A stretch of 64,000 nt of DNA from Callorhinchus milii. Taxonomy: Eukaryota. Position 1 is the first letter of the stretch. Every line of letters starts with the position of its first letter. The translations under genes were made by a program, and so were the position numbers. Location: contig NW_024704742.1 of assembly GCF_018977255.1 (NCBI RefSeq), positions 17,300,001 to 17,364,000 of the forward strand, in the 5' to 3' direction. Shown here in pieces: positions 53,294-64,000 of this stretch. The notes below the pieces were generated by a model, which made no database searches, was not told where the DNA came from, and saw only the letters and a program-made list of their open reading frames with translations.

Positions 53294-53900
53294 GCGGGAC
53301 GCGCGCGGACACTCACATCTGTTGGATCTCCATTGTTGAGGACTGTCCCAGAACGCGCAGAGGGAACGCGGCGCTCCGCACCATTCCACTGCTCTCGGGA
53401 AGCTCAGCGCCGCCGCCGCGTGTGGGGTCTGTGGGCGCCGCGCGGCCGCTCCATTGTCTCTCCCGCGGCCGAGCAACTGCCGCGAGTGTCCGCGAGGGTC
53501 CGCGCGGGGGGAGTGCCGGGGGGGGGGGGAGGGGGGGAGGGGCTGCGGACCCGCAGGCGCTGCCTCTCCGGTTCCCGTTCCCTTTCCCTTCCGCCGCCGC
53601 CGCCTTCACTTCACACAGACGCTCCTCGTCGTCAGCACAGCAGCTCAGGTTCGCCTCCACTCACACCGTCTGTCTCCTCCCCATCCCCATCCCACACCGC
53701 ACCGCACCGCGAGCCCTCCTCTCCCTCTCTCTGTTACACACTGTCGGTGACCGGGCGAGGCCGCACCGCGGGCTCCCCCTCTGGTTTGGAGGACTTCAGA
53801 GCCAACCCCCCCCCCCCCCCCCGCTATCTGTGGGGGAGGGGTAACGGGACGAGTGCCCGCAACCTGCAGCGTTGTTAACGCCTCCAGACGCCCTGCAGCA
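53290..53900 (-). promoter_or_regulatory. CpG island / KLHL2 promoter and 5' UTR
   Basis: Dense CpG and GC-rich sequence in an otherwise CpG-depleted window, surrounding exon 1. Confidence 0.85.
53317..53333 (-). CDS. KLHL2: KLHL2 exon 1 coding part (MEIQQ + AT)
   Basis: ACAATGG Kozak context inside a CpG island; GTGAGT donor at 53316-53311; phase 2 joins exon 2 (AT|G TGC ACA AAA). Confidence 0.8.
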
Positions 53901-53906
53901 CCCAGT

Positions 53907-54490
53907 GGGGGGGGGGGCGTGGGTGGGGGTGTGGGAGGGGCTGTGGGGGGGTGCGGGTGTGGGGGGGCTGTGGGGGTGTGTGCGGGGGTGGGGGGGGTGT
54001 GCGGGGGGTGTGGGGGGCTGTGTGGGGGTGGGGGGGGTGGGTGCGGGGGGGGGGGGGGGGGGTGGGGGGGTGTGGGGGGGGTGGGGTGTGCGGGGGGGTG
54101 GGGGGGTGCGGGGGGGGGGGTGTGTGCGGGGGGGGGGGTGTGTGGGGGGTGGGGGGTGTGCGGGGGGTGGGTGGGGGTGTGTGCGGGGTGTGTGCGGGGG
54201 GGTGGGGTGTGTGGGGGGGGTGGGGGTGTGTGCGGGGGGGTGGGGGTGTGCGGGGGGGGGGGGGTGGGGTGTGGGGGGGGTGTGGGGTGTGGGGGGTGGG
54301 GGTGTGTGGGGGGTGGGGGTGTGTGGGGGGTGGGGGTGTGTGCGGGGGGTGGGGGGTGTGTGGGGGGGGGGTGGGTGTGTGGGGGGCGGGGTGTGTGTGT
54401 GGGGGGTGGGGGTGTGTGCGGGTGGTGGGGGTGTGTGCGGGGGGGTGGGGGTGTGTGCGGGGGGGTGGGGGGGTGTGTGTGTGGGGGGGG
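53907..54490 (+). repeat. G/GT low-complexity tract, about 580 bp
   Basis: Runs of G separated by T, TGTG or TGC. Confidence 0.95.
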
Positions 54491-54608
54491 TTCTGGCTGC
54501 AGTGCATGTGCTGTGAGTTGGTGACATCTGTCTGTGCTTCAGGCCGTCATGTGCAGTGAAATGCAATCATTTGAGCTTCAAACTTTTACGTGAAGTGCAT
54601 TTATGCGT

Positions 54609-54960
54609 CAACAGCAACAACTTACACATGTGTGGAGAGCGCCTTTCACATCAGGAGGACATCCCCAGGGGCTGCACAGTCCAGGGGGTTGGACCCGTGC
54701 AGGGGGTTGGGTTGGGTTGGGTGGTGGGGGGGGGGCGGAGCGGGGAGCGTGGACGGCGGGGAGGGTGGGGGTAGAAGGGCGACCGAAGGCGCGGACAAAG
54801 AGGAGGGTCTTGAGACGGGTCTCGAAGAAGGCAAGAGAGAGCCAGGCGGAGGGGCTGCGGGATGGAGTTCCGGAGGGTGGGGGGCAGGGAGGCTGAAGAC
54901 CCGGCCGCCGATGGGCGGGCGGGCGGGCGGAGGACATGGCGCAGGCTGGAGCGCAGGGTG
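54609..54960 (-). mobile_element. L2 LINE 3' fragment, CpG-rich
   Basis: RPPIGGRVFS motif and L2 tail. Confidence 0.8.
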
Positions 54961-55484
54961 GTCGCAAAGTCCTGTTACCCCCATTTCTTTTTCTACAGTA
55001 CGCCGACCAACAGCTTAAAACACGTGGAACAGTGATGACAATTGTATTTAGAAGTACTCAATTTTATTCAGTACAAGTGATTAACTGCATTTCGACCTCC
55101 AGAGGAACAATGTGAACGCCATCGTTTTCATGGCAGATAATGATCTCTACGCCGTGTTCAGTGCGACATCTTACGTAACATCAATGGAGTCACGAGGAAG
55201 TTACTGGTATCAGACATTGTTGCGCTCGACTCTTCTGCAACAGAAAATACAAACTCATTGTAAGAAAAAAGCAGGGTGGTAACATGACTTTGTGAACAAC
55301 CTATATCAGTGAATCAGATTCAACTCAAATTGGAAATACAGTAATGCCTCGGAAAATATACCCCATTATTAATACAATAACTGGACTTATACAGTGCAGT
55401 TTAATGTTTACATTATAAATGTTTTGTGCTAAACAGTAAACAAATACATGGACCCAAAATGTACATTGGAATACATTTTGAGAA

Positions 55485-55809
55485 TATAATAATAATAATC
55501 CTTGCATTTGATATAGTGCTTTTCACGTCGGGAGGACGTCCCAAAGCGCTTCACAGAACACACTGTAAAGTGAATTGACTCTATATTTGTGGGCGAACGC
55601 GGCAGCCAATTGCGCACAGCAATGTCCCACAAACAGTCATAGATTGAAAATGACCAATTTATTATTGTTTTTTTTGTTTTGGAGGGATTATTATTAGGCT
55701 CTGTGTGGAGTAAGGAAACTTGCCCAAGGTTTCGCCCTCTGCCTGGAATTGAACTCAGGTCTCTCACTTGCAAAGCGAGTGCTCTAACCACTGAGCTACA
55801 GGACTCCAC
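55485..55809 (-). mobile_element. SINE family A, full length
   Basis: Near-identical to the 51110 copy. Confidence 0.93.
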
Positions 55810-58800
55810 CCCAGAATGTGCTCAAAACATTTACAATTAAATTAGACTGGGAGTGGTTTCCTAATTGACTGGAACATTGATCTTGTGAAGCGCTTTGAGA
55901 CATCCTCCCAAAGTGAAAGATACTACGTTTTATTATTCTTATTCTAGTTTACTGCCATACAGTAAATGATGGTCTCTGGGTTATTCTTTTATTATAACAA
56001 TAATAATACAGTAATAACTACTTCTTTTTACACTTTTATTCAAAACATGAAACTTTTATCAAGAGGTTTTTTTAGCAAAAAAGAGGATTTGCATTATACG
56101 TCTCAAATATCATCTGATCGTTAGTGTGCAGAATTCTGAAATTACCTTAAACTTCAAGCTGTTAAATTGCTTCAAATATAGAATATGGCCATGTAGATCA
56201 TGTTTTATCATTACATATTTCATGCCAGTGGCATGTGTTTGTAAACTAAAAATGCTAATAAATCATGAATGATATTCTTACCTGTATTTAACGGTATTAA
56301 AACACTACAGCAGCCCCCCTTTTGCAAAGTTATAATGATCCTAAATTATAATCCTTGCATTTGATACAGCTTCTTATCATGTGGTCAATATCACAGGATT
56401 TACTGAAATGTGAAATGATTGTAATTTTTCGGCAAGGCAGCCAATTTGCTTACAGTAATGTCCCATAAACAGCCATGAAATTAATGACAAATTTTATCTC
56501 AGAGATTGTTGGCCATGACACTGGAAGAAACTCCTTTCTCTTTTCGAATAGTGGTATGAAATCTTTAAAGTCCTCTTGAACAGGCAGATGGGACCTCGGT
56601 TTAATATCTTATCGAAAGGATGAGTTTTCTGCATACAGCAATGTCCCACAAACTGCTATAAAGTGCACAGTTAATTTATTTTCTGGGGGGAATTTTGGCC
56701 AAGACATTGGGAGAAATTCCCTTTACTTTTCAAATAGTACCATGACAACGCTCCATAACATGCAGCTAAGCAAGCAAATGTGAATTTAATTTAACATCAT
56801 CCAGAGTAATCTTCCGCTGAATCCTTCACTTTCCTTCTTAATGTCATATTCTTTTGCTTTTTCCTGATCTCTGAATACGTGACTTCCTTTTCCTATAATG
56901 TACATCGTCAGTATTCTGTTCTAATTTAGTCTTGAGCTCCTTTTGGACTTTCAGCCCCAAGAGACTGTATTTAATTTGGGTCATGATGATTGAATTTGCA
57001 GTTCCAGTAAAAATGGTGTTTCTCTTCCTCTCGTTTTCTGTTGTATATGTTTTCTCTTTCACACAATTGCAACCACCTCTACCACATCTTCACTCTAAAT
57101 CCTAGTCTCAAAGATTCTTTGGTTTGCCACCTTCTCTATAGATTGCACTAAGGTCGCCTGCTTTTGTATCTATATATTGCTGCCTCATCTGTTTTTATAA
57201 ATACAGGATCGAATAATAATAATAATAATCCTGGCATTTGATATAGCACATTATCATATATTCGAGACCTATGGAGCAATATCCTGTGAAGCACTTTGAG
57301 ACATCGCCCCCATGTGAAAACACTGTACCTAATACAAAGAATATTATTATTTTATTAAGCACCTAGAAAATGTGTCTCACATGCAAGACAATTGAGTACC
57401 ATTGTCAGCATTGACCCAGTCATTTACCTTGAGCCAACAAGTGACATCAAATTTGGAGAGCTTCATAACTTCTGTTATGAAGTTTCCTTTTTGCTTTCCC
57501 CTGTGTGAAAAATGGAAGCAAAGTGGGAAAGGCGTGATCACACACTCCAAAACATTGAGTTCCACAGATGGTCCAAAAAGCTCAGTCTGCTACATTACAT
57601 CGAATTGCAAAGAAATATACAGCCACAGAAACATGTCATTTGGCCCAACATTAAGTCACACATACCAGAAGGTGAGAGGTTTGAATCCCACTCTGTGCAG
57701 AAACCACTGATCTCAGGCGGGGAAACAGTTGGGGGCACTACAACTGTGGATTGCACCACTAGTTCAGGGAGCAGAAATTAATCTGGTACCAGAGATTTTG
57801 CTAACCTCACTGTGAAGGCTTGCACATGAATATGAATATAGTGATTTGGGTGAAGTGCACCTCGAACAACCACAGTAGAAGAATAAAGACAAAGAAAATG
57901 ACAGTAATGTTTTCACATTAACTCTTTTAATAAAATTTCAGACAGTGCTCTGATTGGCAAGCTCTACGGTTTTAGCTGGTTAGACTCCAGCAGTAGCTCA
58001 ACGCATACTCTGGGAACCAAGCCTTGGTGCCTGCCAACCTGCACCTAAACTGTCCCAACTATCTATTTCAGGGATTTCCACGTGTTGGTGCGATGCATAG
58101 AATTCTCAGTTTGGTTCGGATACTCTTATGCATTGTGATGGGTTTCCGCATGTGTGAGACACCTTGGCTGACCCCCAAAAAATTTCAGGGTAAGCACCTC
58201 TCAGCCAAACCACTTCCAACCAGCATCTGGAAGGTTTAGGATGACTTCTTCTTTGTCATGAAGAGCATAAACTCTTCTCAAAGCCCCCACAGCGATACAA
58301 CCATGATTGGCAACTCAAAGGAATGGAGAATCGAACCAACAACCCACCACTCCAAGGCTCATTCATGCTCCGTGCATGTGCCCCAAAGCCAAAACCAAAT
58401 CAGTCAGAACTGTAAATTAATTTTTAAAAATAGTTATATTTATTATAAACTCACTACAAGGGAAACATCATAAAGTATGCTCATTTCACCTCATCTGGAT
58501 ATCAATATGTGCATTAGGTTAATTTGAAACACTGCCTCTAATGTAACTCATAAATTAGATTCTTTATTTCTGAAATTGTATTGCAAGTGAGAACAGAATC
58601 AAAATATACCCTGGCTAAAGCTTATCATTCTAACTAGAGACATGACCGTGCACAAAAGAAAATCAAAAACCATAAAGTAATTCCTATATACGAGAAGGAA
58701 CTTTTATTTAGTTAAATTGCTGAACAAAGTATATTGTTTAGCTCCCACTTAAAAGCACAAATGCTTTTGACTGGAACATTAATTTGCCCTAGAAATGGAG

Positions 58801-61800
58801 AATTGTCCTTACTTATGCACCTTGGAGGATAATTTTTTATGCAAGAGAGCATATTAATGAAGCATGCTAACCAGCGATTCATTTACATACGAAGATCATT
58901 TACAAAATAAACCTCTCTTTATAATTCATATAGCATCTATGTGGATTACATAAGCAAATTATTAAGGTGCCACTGCATCTTTTTAGGGATTGCACTGATT
59001 CAACGATCTGAGTTGCTACCCCTCGTAAAGAGCGCTATTTAAGTTTAATCAGAACAGCTTGCTTAGCCTTGGAGGTTGATCTGATTACATTCCAATGAAT
59101 TCAAAAACATTTCCCATGGAACTTCAACAAAATGTTCAAAAGTTTCCTTCTGACTGAAGGTCGGGTTATATATTGTTAGCTACTGAAGCCGGTCTATGAA
59201 TTGAATTGCAACATTCAAATAACTGACCATGTTTGATCTCAGCCTCTGGAAATGAAATTGGTGTTGTTGTCAAATGCCTCCTTTCATTTTGAGTGTTCGA
59301 TCCCACCCCATGATCATTGGGCACAAGACACTACAAGTTGCCGCTGTTGTTGTGGGACAGCTTTCAGACATTCCACCTCGACTCCTCAGTCCCCACCTTT
59401 AAAGCTCACCTTGAATTTTCAACCGCATTTTTGATTAACTTTCTTCCCCCTCCCCACCTCTCTGCAGCTCAGATTCCCAGTCAGCTCTCTATGTTCTTTC
59501 GACAAGAAAGGTGCTGATTAAATGTACAATTGTTGTTATTTCTTTGATAACAGAATTATAAACTTTCATAGAGCCTGGGATCCCAAAATGGTCAGTTCTT
59601 TGATGTTTGATGTACTGGGGTCCATGGGGGATATAGATGATGCCATGTGGATTGCAATATGATATAAACAAATGATGGTGTCACAAATATCTTGATTCAA
59701 TGTCTTATCATTTAATAAATAATAATAATAATAATATTTGGGAACTATATAACATTATTTCCTTACATTGGCGATACTATATAATGTTGATAGAAAAATC
59801 AGTAAAAAGGAGTGGGAAATGAATTAAATTAATTTGTACCACCCTGTTCACTCAGTTTGTCAAGCCATTACCCAGTACAAAACAGATGCACAGATCCAGA
59901 TAGTCTGATTCCCTATCTGTGCTGTTAGCTAATCTCAGTTGGAATATAGTACAAGCACAGCAATTGAACTCAGTTCCTGTGTTAGAGACTGCAAAATCAG
60001 TTAAACTCCTGTTGCTATGAGCAACTCAAACCACCTCCAACCAGCTGGAACTACTTTGTGATATATTATATCTTTTTTCAAATAAAAGCCATATTCAAGG
60101 CTTTATATCCTTATATTATATTGCCAAACCTCAATTAACCCTGATTATGTTTTTTAAAAACTTCTGTTCCTTGTAATCAGTGGGATAACATTCACTGTTC
60201 AACTATATGTTATGTAAATAAAACTGACTATAATACACAAAGGCACTCCTCGCCCCATCACCACAACCACTGCAGCGAAGGACAAACAGGAAAGCTATTA
60301 TCACAAACACATAATAGACATGTGAACCAAACAAGAAACCTGCTTTGTGTGGGAGGACAGTTTAGATGGAAACAACACATGCATATTTTGCTTTCCAGTG
60401 ATGTCATCTATGCTTGAAATATTATTCAATTGATCATGTTTATGGTACAATGAAAACAGAAACATGAAGCTGCAATCAGTAGAACTGAGAGTCGGCAACA
60501 ACAACAACAACAACAGCAGCAAAATTACATTGGTATAGCGTCTTTCACGTCGAGAGGATGTCCCAAGGGCTGGACAGACAGAGTTTCGGACCTGAGCTGG
60601 GGGTCGGGATCGGGGAAGGTGAGACGCTGCTGTGCGCAATTGGCTGCAGCATTTCACCCACAAATTATACAGTCAATTCACTTTACAGTTTACTCTGTGA
60701 AGTGCTGTGAGACATCACAAAGACATATCAAATGCAAGGATTATTATTATTATGTGATTTGATCCTCTATGAAATGCAAGGATTATAATAATAATCTTTC
60801 CATTTGATATAGCACCATATCACATCTTTGAGACATTTCAAAACGCTTCACAGAATATACTGTAAAGTGACATGACTATATTTTGTGAGCAAACTTACAG
60901 TATATTTATAATACTATAAGTTTTCAGGTTCTTGCCCTTTCCTTTCCAGAAAGATTATGATTGCTCTGCTTTGGATCTTATGGTCGTAAATCGTGATATG
61001 AAGTCATCAAAACCTGTAAAGTATGACTTCATCGTTGAACTGAGCCCTTTGTTGTACCTCTGTGCAATGATTTGGTACTAGAGTTTTAAATGTTGTGGTT
61101 CTTTTCCATTACCAAAGAATAAGAAGTTGTGCGATAGGCTTCGTTGAATTTAGAAATTTGGAGACCAATCAGCCCATCGAGTCTGCACTGGTGATCAGAG
61201 CAAGCTGTTCATTCAATCCCACTGCCTTGCCCTATCCCCATTCAAGCCTTTACCTTTCATATACCTGTCTACATCCCTCTTGAAACCTACTTCCCTCTTG
61301 AATATTATTATAAACATCAGTGATTGCGCAACACATTTCGCACTTTTTTTATTTGGAAATGTGATAGAAATCCATTTGTGTTCAAATCCATTCACTCCCT
61401 GGCACCTCCCTCTCTGACCCCCTCACTCCCCAATCCACCACCCGGCGCCTCCACTCGACTGGCATCGGCCTCCTGCTCGTCCCTCACACCCTCTGCCCCA
61501 ACATCAGAGGTCACTCTTTCAGCCACCACATCCCAAAACTCTGGAACACTCTCCCTCAATCTCTCTGCCTTGCCCCTTCACTCCCCTCTTTCAAGTCCCG
61601 CCTGAGGACTTTCCTCTTCGACCATGCTTACAGCCACCTCCGCGCCCCCCCCACCACCTCAGAGTCAAGCGCTCTGAGACGGGACCCTGCATGGAGGGCG
61701 CTATACTGTTGTTATTGTTGTAGAAAATCACCCCCAGTAATTTTTAAAGTGTTCCCTATCTCGTATTTACACTGTGTTAAATTATGTTTCAAACCGCACT

Positions 61801-62451
61801 TCTGGAATTAAGCAGTTGCGCCTCCTCGTGGAATAAAAATGCCTGACTCCCTGAGGCGACCTCTACCTGCAAATTTACATTGTGCTTTGCTAAATTCAAC
61901 TAAATTTAAATTGTGCGTTGGAACTAAATTCAGTCCAATTTTAAATAACTCATTGTTGTTGGCAAACAATAATCTGGCCGTATCATAGAGAGAGAGTGAG
62001 AGAGAGAAAAATAATGTCCAGAGTGGAAATCAGTGACAATCCTGTTGGTGTAGTGTAACAGAGAGATACGGTAGAAGCGTTGGAAGTGTATGACACAGTA
62101 TGAAGCCATTTGACCTTTTTTTTTGCGTTGGCGTTTGCTCCACGCGAACAAAAAAACCCATCCGTCCCTTCAGCAAACCGTCCTCCTCAGGGGGTTAAGG
62201 CATCGACACCAGACTTCGGACCATCGTTGCGCCATCTCTTTTTGGACTGCTGGTTGACCCTTTCTTTTTTTTGGGGGGTGGGGGGGGTCCTTCATTCGAT
62301 CAGTCTGGACCCGGGCGGAAACCCGCCGCCGCCGCCCGCCGGGGATTATTCCGAACCCAGGCTGACTGAGGAAACGCGGAAATTTCCCAGACGGCAAAGT
62401 ACTGGGAATCTGAAACAAAAGCACAGACGTCGCTGGGGGGAAACGCTCGGG

Positions 62452-62592
62452 GAGGTCGGGCGGCATCTACGGAGAAAGGAAAGCGAGTCGACGTTTCGGG
62501 TCCACGACAACCGAAACGTCGACTCGCTTTCCTTTCTCCGTAGATGCCGCCCGACCTCGTCGTGGACCCGAAACGTCGACTCGCTTTCCTTT
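62452..62592. repeat. Perfect 48-bp inverted repeat (62452-62499 / 62511-62558) plus a third 34-bp inverted copy (62559-62592)
   Basis: Reverse complements checked base by base. Confidence 0.95.
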
Positions 62593-63232
62593 AATAATAA
62601 TAATAATCCTTGCATTTGATATAGCGCTTTTCACGTCGGGAGGACGTCCCAAAGCGCTTCACAGAATATACTGTAAAGTGAATCGACTCCCGGTCCCGCT
62701 CCCGCTCCCGGAACGCCCGGTTTGGCTCCGACACCACAGCCGCGGGGTTTCCGCCCGCGTCAGACACACCGCTGACCCCCCAACCCCCCCCCACACCCCC
62801 CCCAGAGGGACTGGCTCCATCCTGACCGCCCCAAGGTGGTCACCTCAGCTCCAGGGGTGACCCACCAGGACACAGTGCGTGATAACTTCAGCTCAAACAC
62901 ACACACACACACACAGCGCGTTCCGTGACATTTCTACCACCGAAGACGGGTAAATATTATCAGCGAGAAATGCGCCGAAGCCGCTTTATTGTTAACATCC
63001 GACCCGAGAGGCCGTCCCCGAGACACGTTCGCGGCCGCCCGGACGACGAGCGACACGCACCCGGACCCGAAATAAAGGCCGGAACCCGAGACCGCCGCCG
63101 GCCGGGGAGACATTTTTTGAACGGAACAGACCCGGAAGCGCGGTGCTGACCAGCGCCGTGGGCGCCGCTGCCGCCGCCGCCGCGATTTGACTCAAAGAGT
63201 TTCTCGCCTTCGCTCTGACCCCCGGACACGGT

Positions 63233-63253
63233 ATGAACTCCACCCGCCAGCAG
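63233..63253 (+). CDS. Probable first coding exon (MNSTRQQ) of a divergent gene, possibly TMEM192
   Basis: ATG downstream of a GCC-rich 5' UTR, followed by CAG|GTCAGT donor (phase 0). TMEM192 lies head-to-head with KLHL2 in human and has a short first coding exon (recalled). The peptide is too short to identify by itself. Confidence 0.45.
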
Positions 63254-63296
63254 GTCAGTGACGTCACACAGCTGGTGTGCGTGACCTCACAAGCGA

Positions 63297-64000
63297 GGGA
63301 ACGGGGGTGAGCGTGACATCACACAGGGGGGGGTGAGCGTGACATCACACAGGGGGGGGTGAGCGTGACATCACACAGGGGGGGGTGAGCGTGACATCAC
63401 ACAGGGGGGGGTGAGCGTGACATCACACAGGGGGGGGTGAGCGTGACATCACACGGGGGGGGGTGAGCATGACATCACACGGGGGGGGTGAGCGTGACAT
63501 CACACGGGGGGGTGAGAGCGTGACATCACACGGGGGGGTGAGAGCGTGACATCACACGGGGGGGTGAGAGTCGCGTCAAGGGGAGGGGGTGAGCGCCACG
63601 TCATGGGGAGGGGGTGAGAGTCACGTCACGGGGAGGGGGTGAGCGCCACGTCATGGGGAGGGGGTGAGAGTCACGTCATGGGGAGGGGGTGAGAGTCACG
63701 TCATGGGGAGGGGGTGAGAGTCACGTCATGGGGAGGGGGTGAGAGTCACGGGGAGGGGGTGAGCGCCACGTCATGGGGAGGGGGTGAGAGTCACGTCATG
63801 GGGAGGGGGTGAGAGTCACGTCATGGGGAGGGGGTGAGAGTCACGTCATGGGGAGGGGGTGAGAGTCACGGGGAGGGGGTGAGAGTCACGGGGAGGGGGT
63901 GAGAGTCACGGGGAGGGGGTGAGAGTCACGGGGAGGGGGTGAGAGTCACGGGGAGGGGGTGAGAGTCACGGGGAGGGGGTGAGCGTCACGTCATGGGGAG
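63297..64000 (+). repeat. Two adjacent minisatellites: ~26-bp GAGCGTGACATCACACAGGGGGGGGT, then 25/20-bp GGGGAGGGGGTGAGAGTCAC(GTCAT), running off the window
   Basis: Read directly. Confidence 0.95.

Larger units (their letters stand above)
428..53333 (-). other. KLHL2: KLHL2 gene span (start to stop codon), 15 coding exons, 590 aa
   Basis: Exon lengths 17+126+107+122+163+110+117+150+118+198+102+129+141+144+29 = 1773 nt, open frame, compatible phases. C-terminus [19 protein letters not shown] and N-terminal CTK..DD..EKQCPVTVNP match KLHL2 rather than KLHL3 (recalled sequences). Confidence 0.96.
62120..63300. promoter_or_regulatory. Second CpG island / promoter, with ETS-type CCGGAAG (63132-63138) and CRE TGACGTCA (63259-63266)
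   Basis: High CpG density; motifs read directly from the sequence. Confidence 0.75.

Noticed and set aside
428..53333. KLHL3 as an alternative identity
   Set aside because: The diagnostic termini and the [10 protein letters not shown] segment fit KLHL2 better.
51650..54566. Long ORFs (up to 387 aa) rich in C/V/G/W or P/H/T
   Set aside because: Translations of minisatellite and G-tract DNA, open in several frames at once.
62361..62378. CTGAGGAAAC as a hammerhead ribozyme core
   Set aside because: No stem II between CTGANGA and GAAA, and no matching stems I/III found.
63297..64000. CRISPR-like array, or TFEB CLEAR elements
   Set aside because: No unique spacers and a eukaryotic context; GTCACGTCAT lacks the CACGTG E-box core of CLEAR.

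Overview
Vertebrate nuclear DNA. The repeat content (L2 and CR1 LINEs, DeuSINE-type and tRNA-derived SINEs) suggests a cartilaginous fish, probably a chimaera; this is an inference. The window holds the complete coding region of KLHL2 (Mayven; BTB-BACK-Kelch CUL3 adaptor) on the minus strand. I reconstructed 15 coding exons from 53333 down to 428 (1773 nt, 590 aa), with every splice phase consistent, one GC-AG intron and one NAGNAG acceptor. About 9 kb upstream, a second CpG island carries a likely first exon of a divergent + strand gene (TMEM192 by synteny, unproven). Introns are full of L2/CR1 fragments and at least three SINE families. Both putative first introns begin with G-rich minisatellites. 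Almost all ORFs in the supplied track come from repeats or low complexity. I found no convincing novel multi-gene system. The most notable signals are a perfect 48-bp palindrome with an extra inverted arm near 62.5 kb, a covarying LINE/SINE 3' stem-loop, motif-dense minisatellites at both 5' ends, paralogous segments flanking exon 11, and weak exon-like signals in the 55-62 kb interval. Repeat boundaries are approximate and were read by eye.
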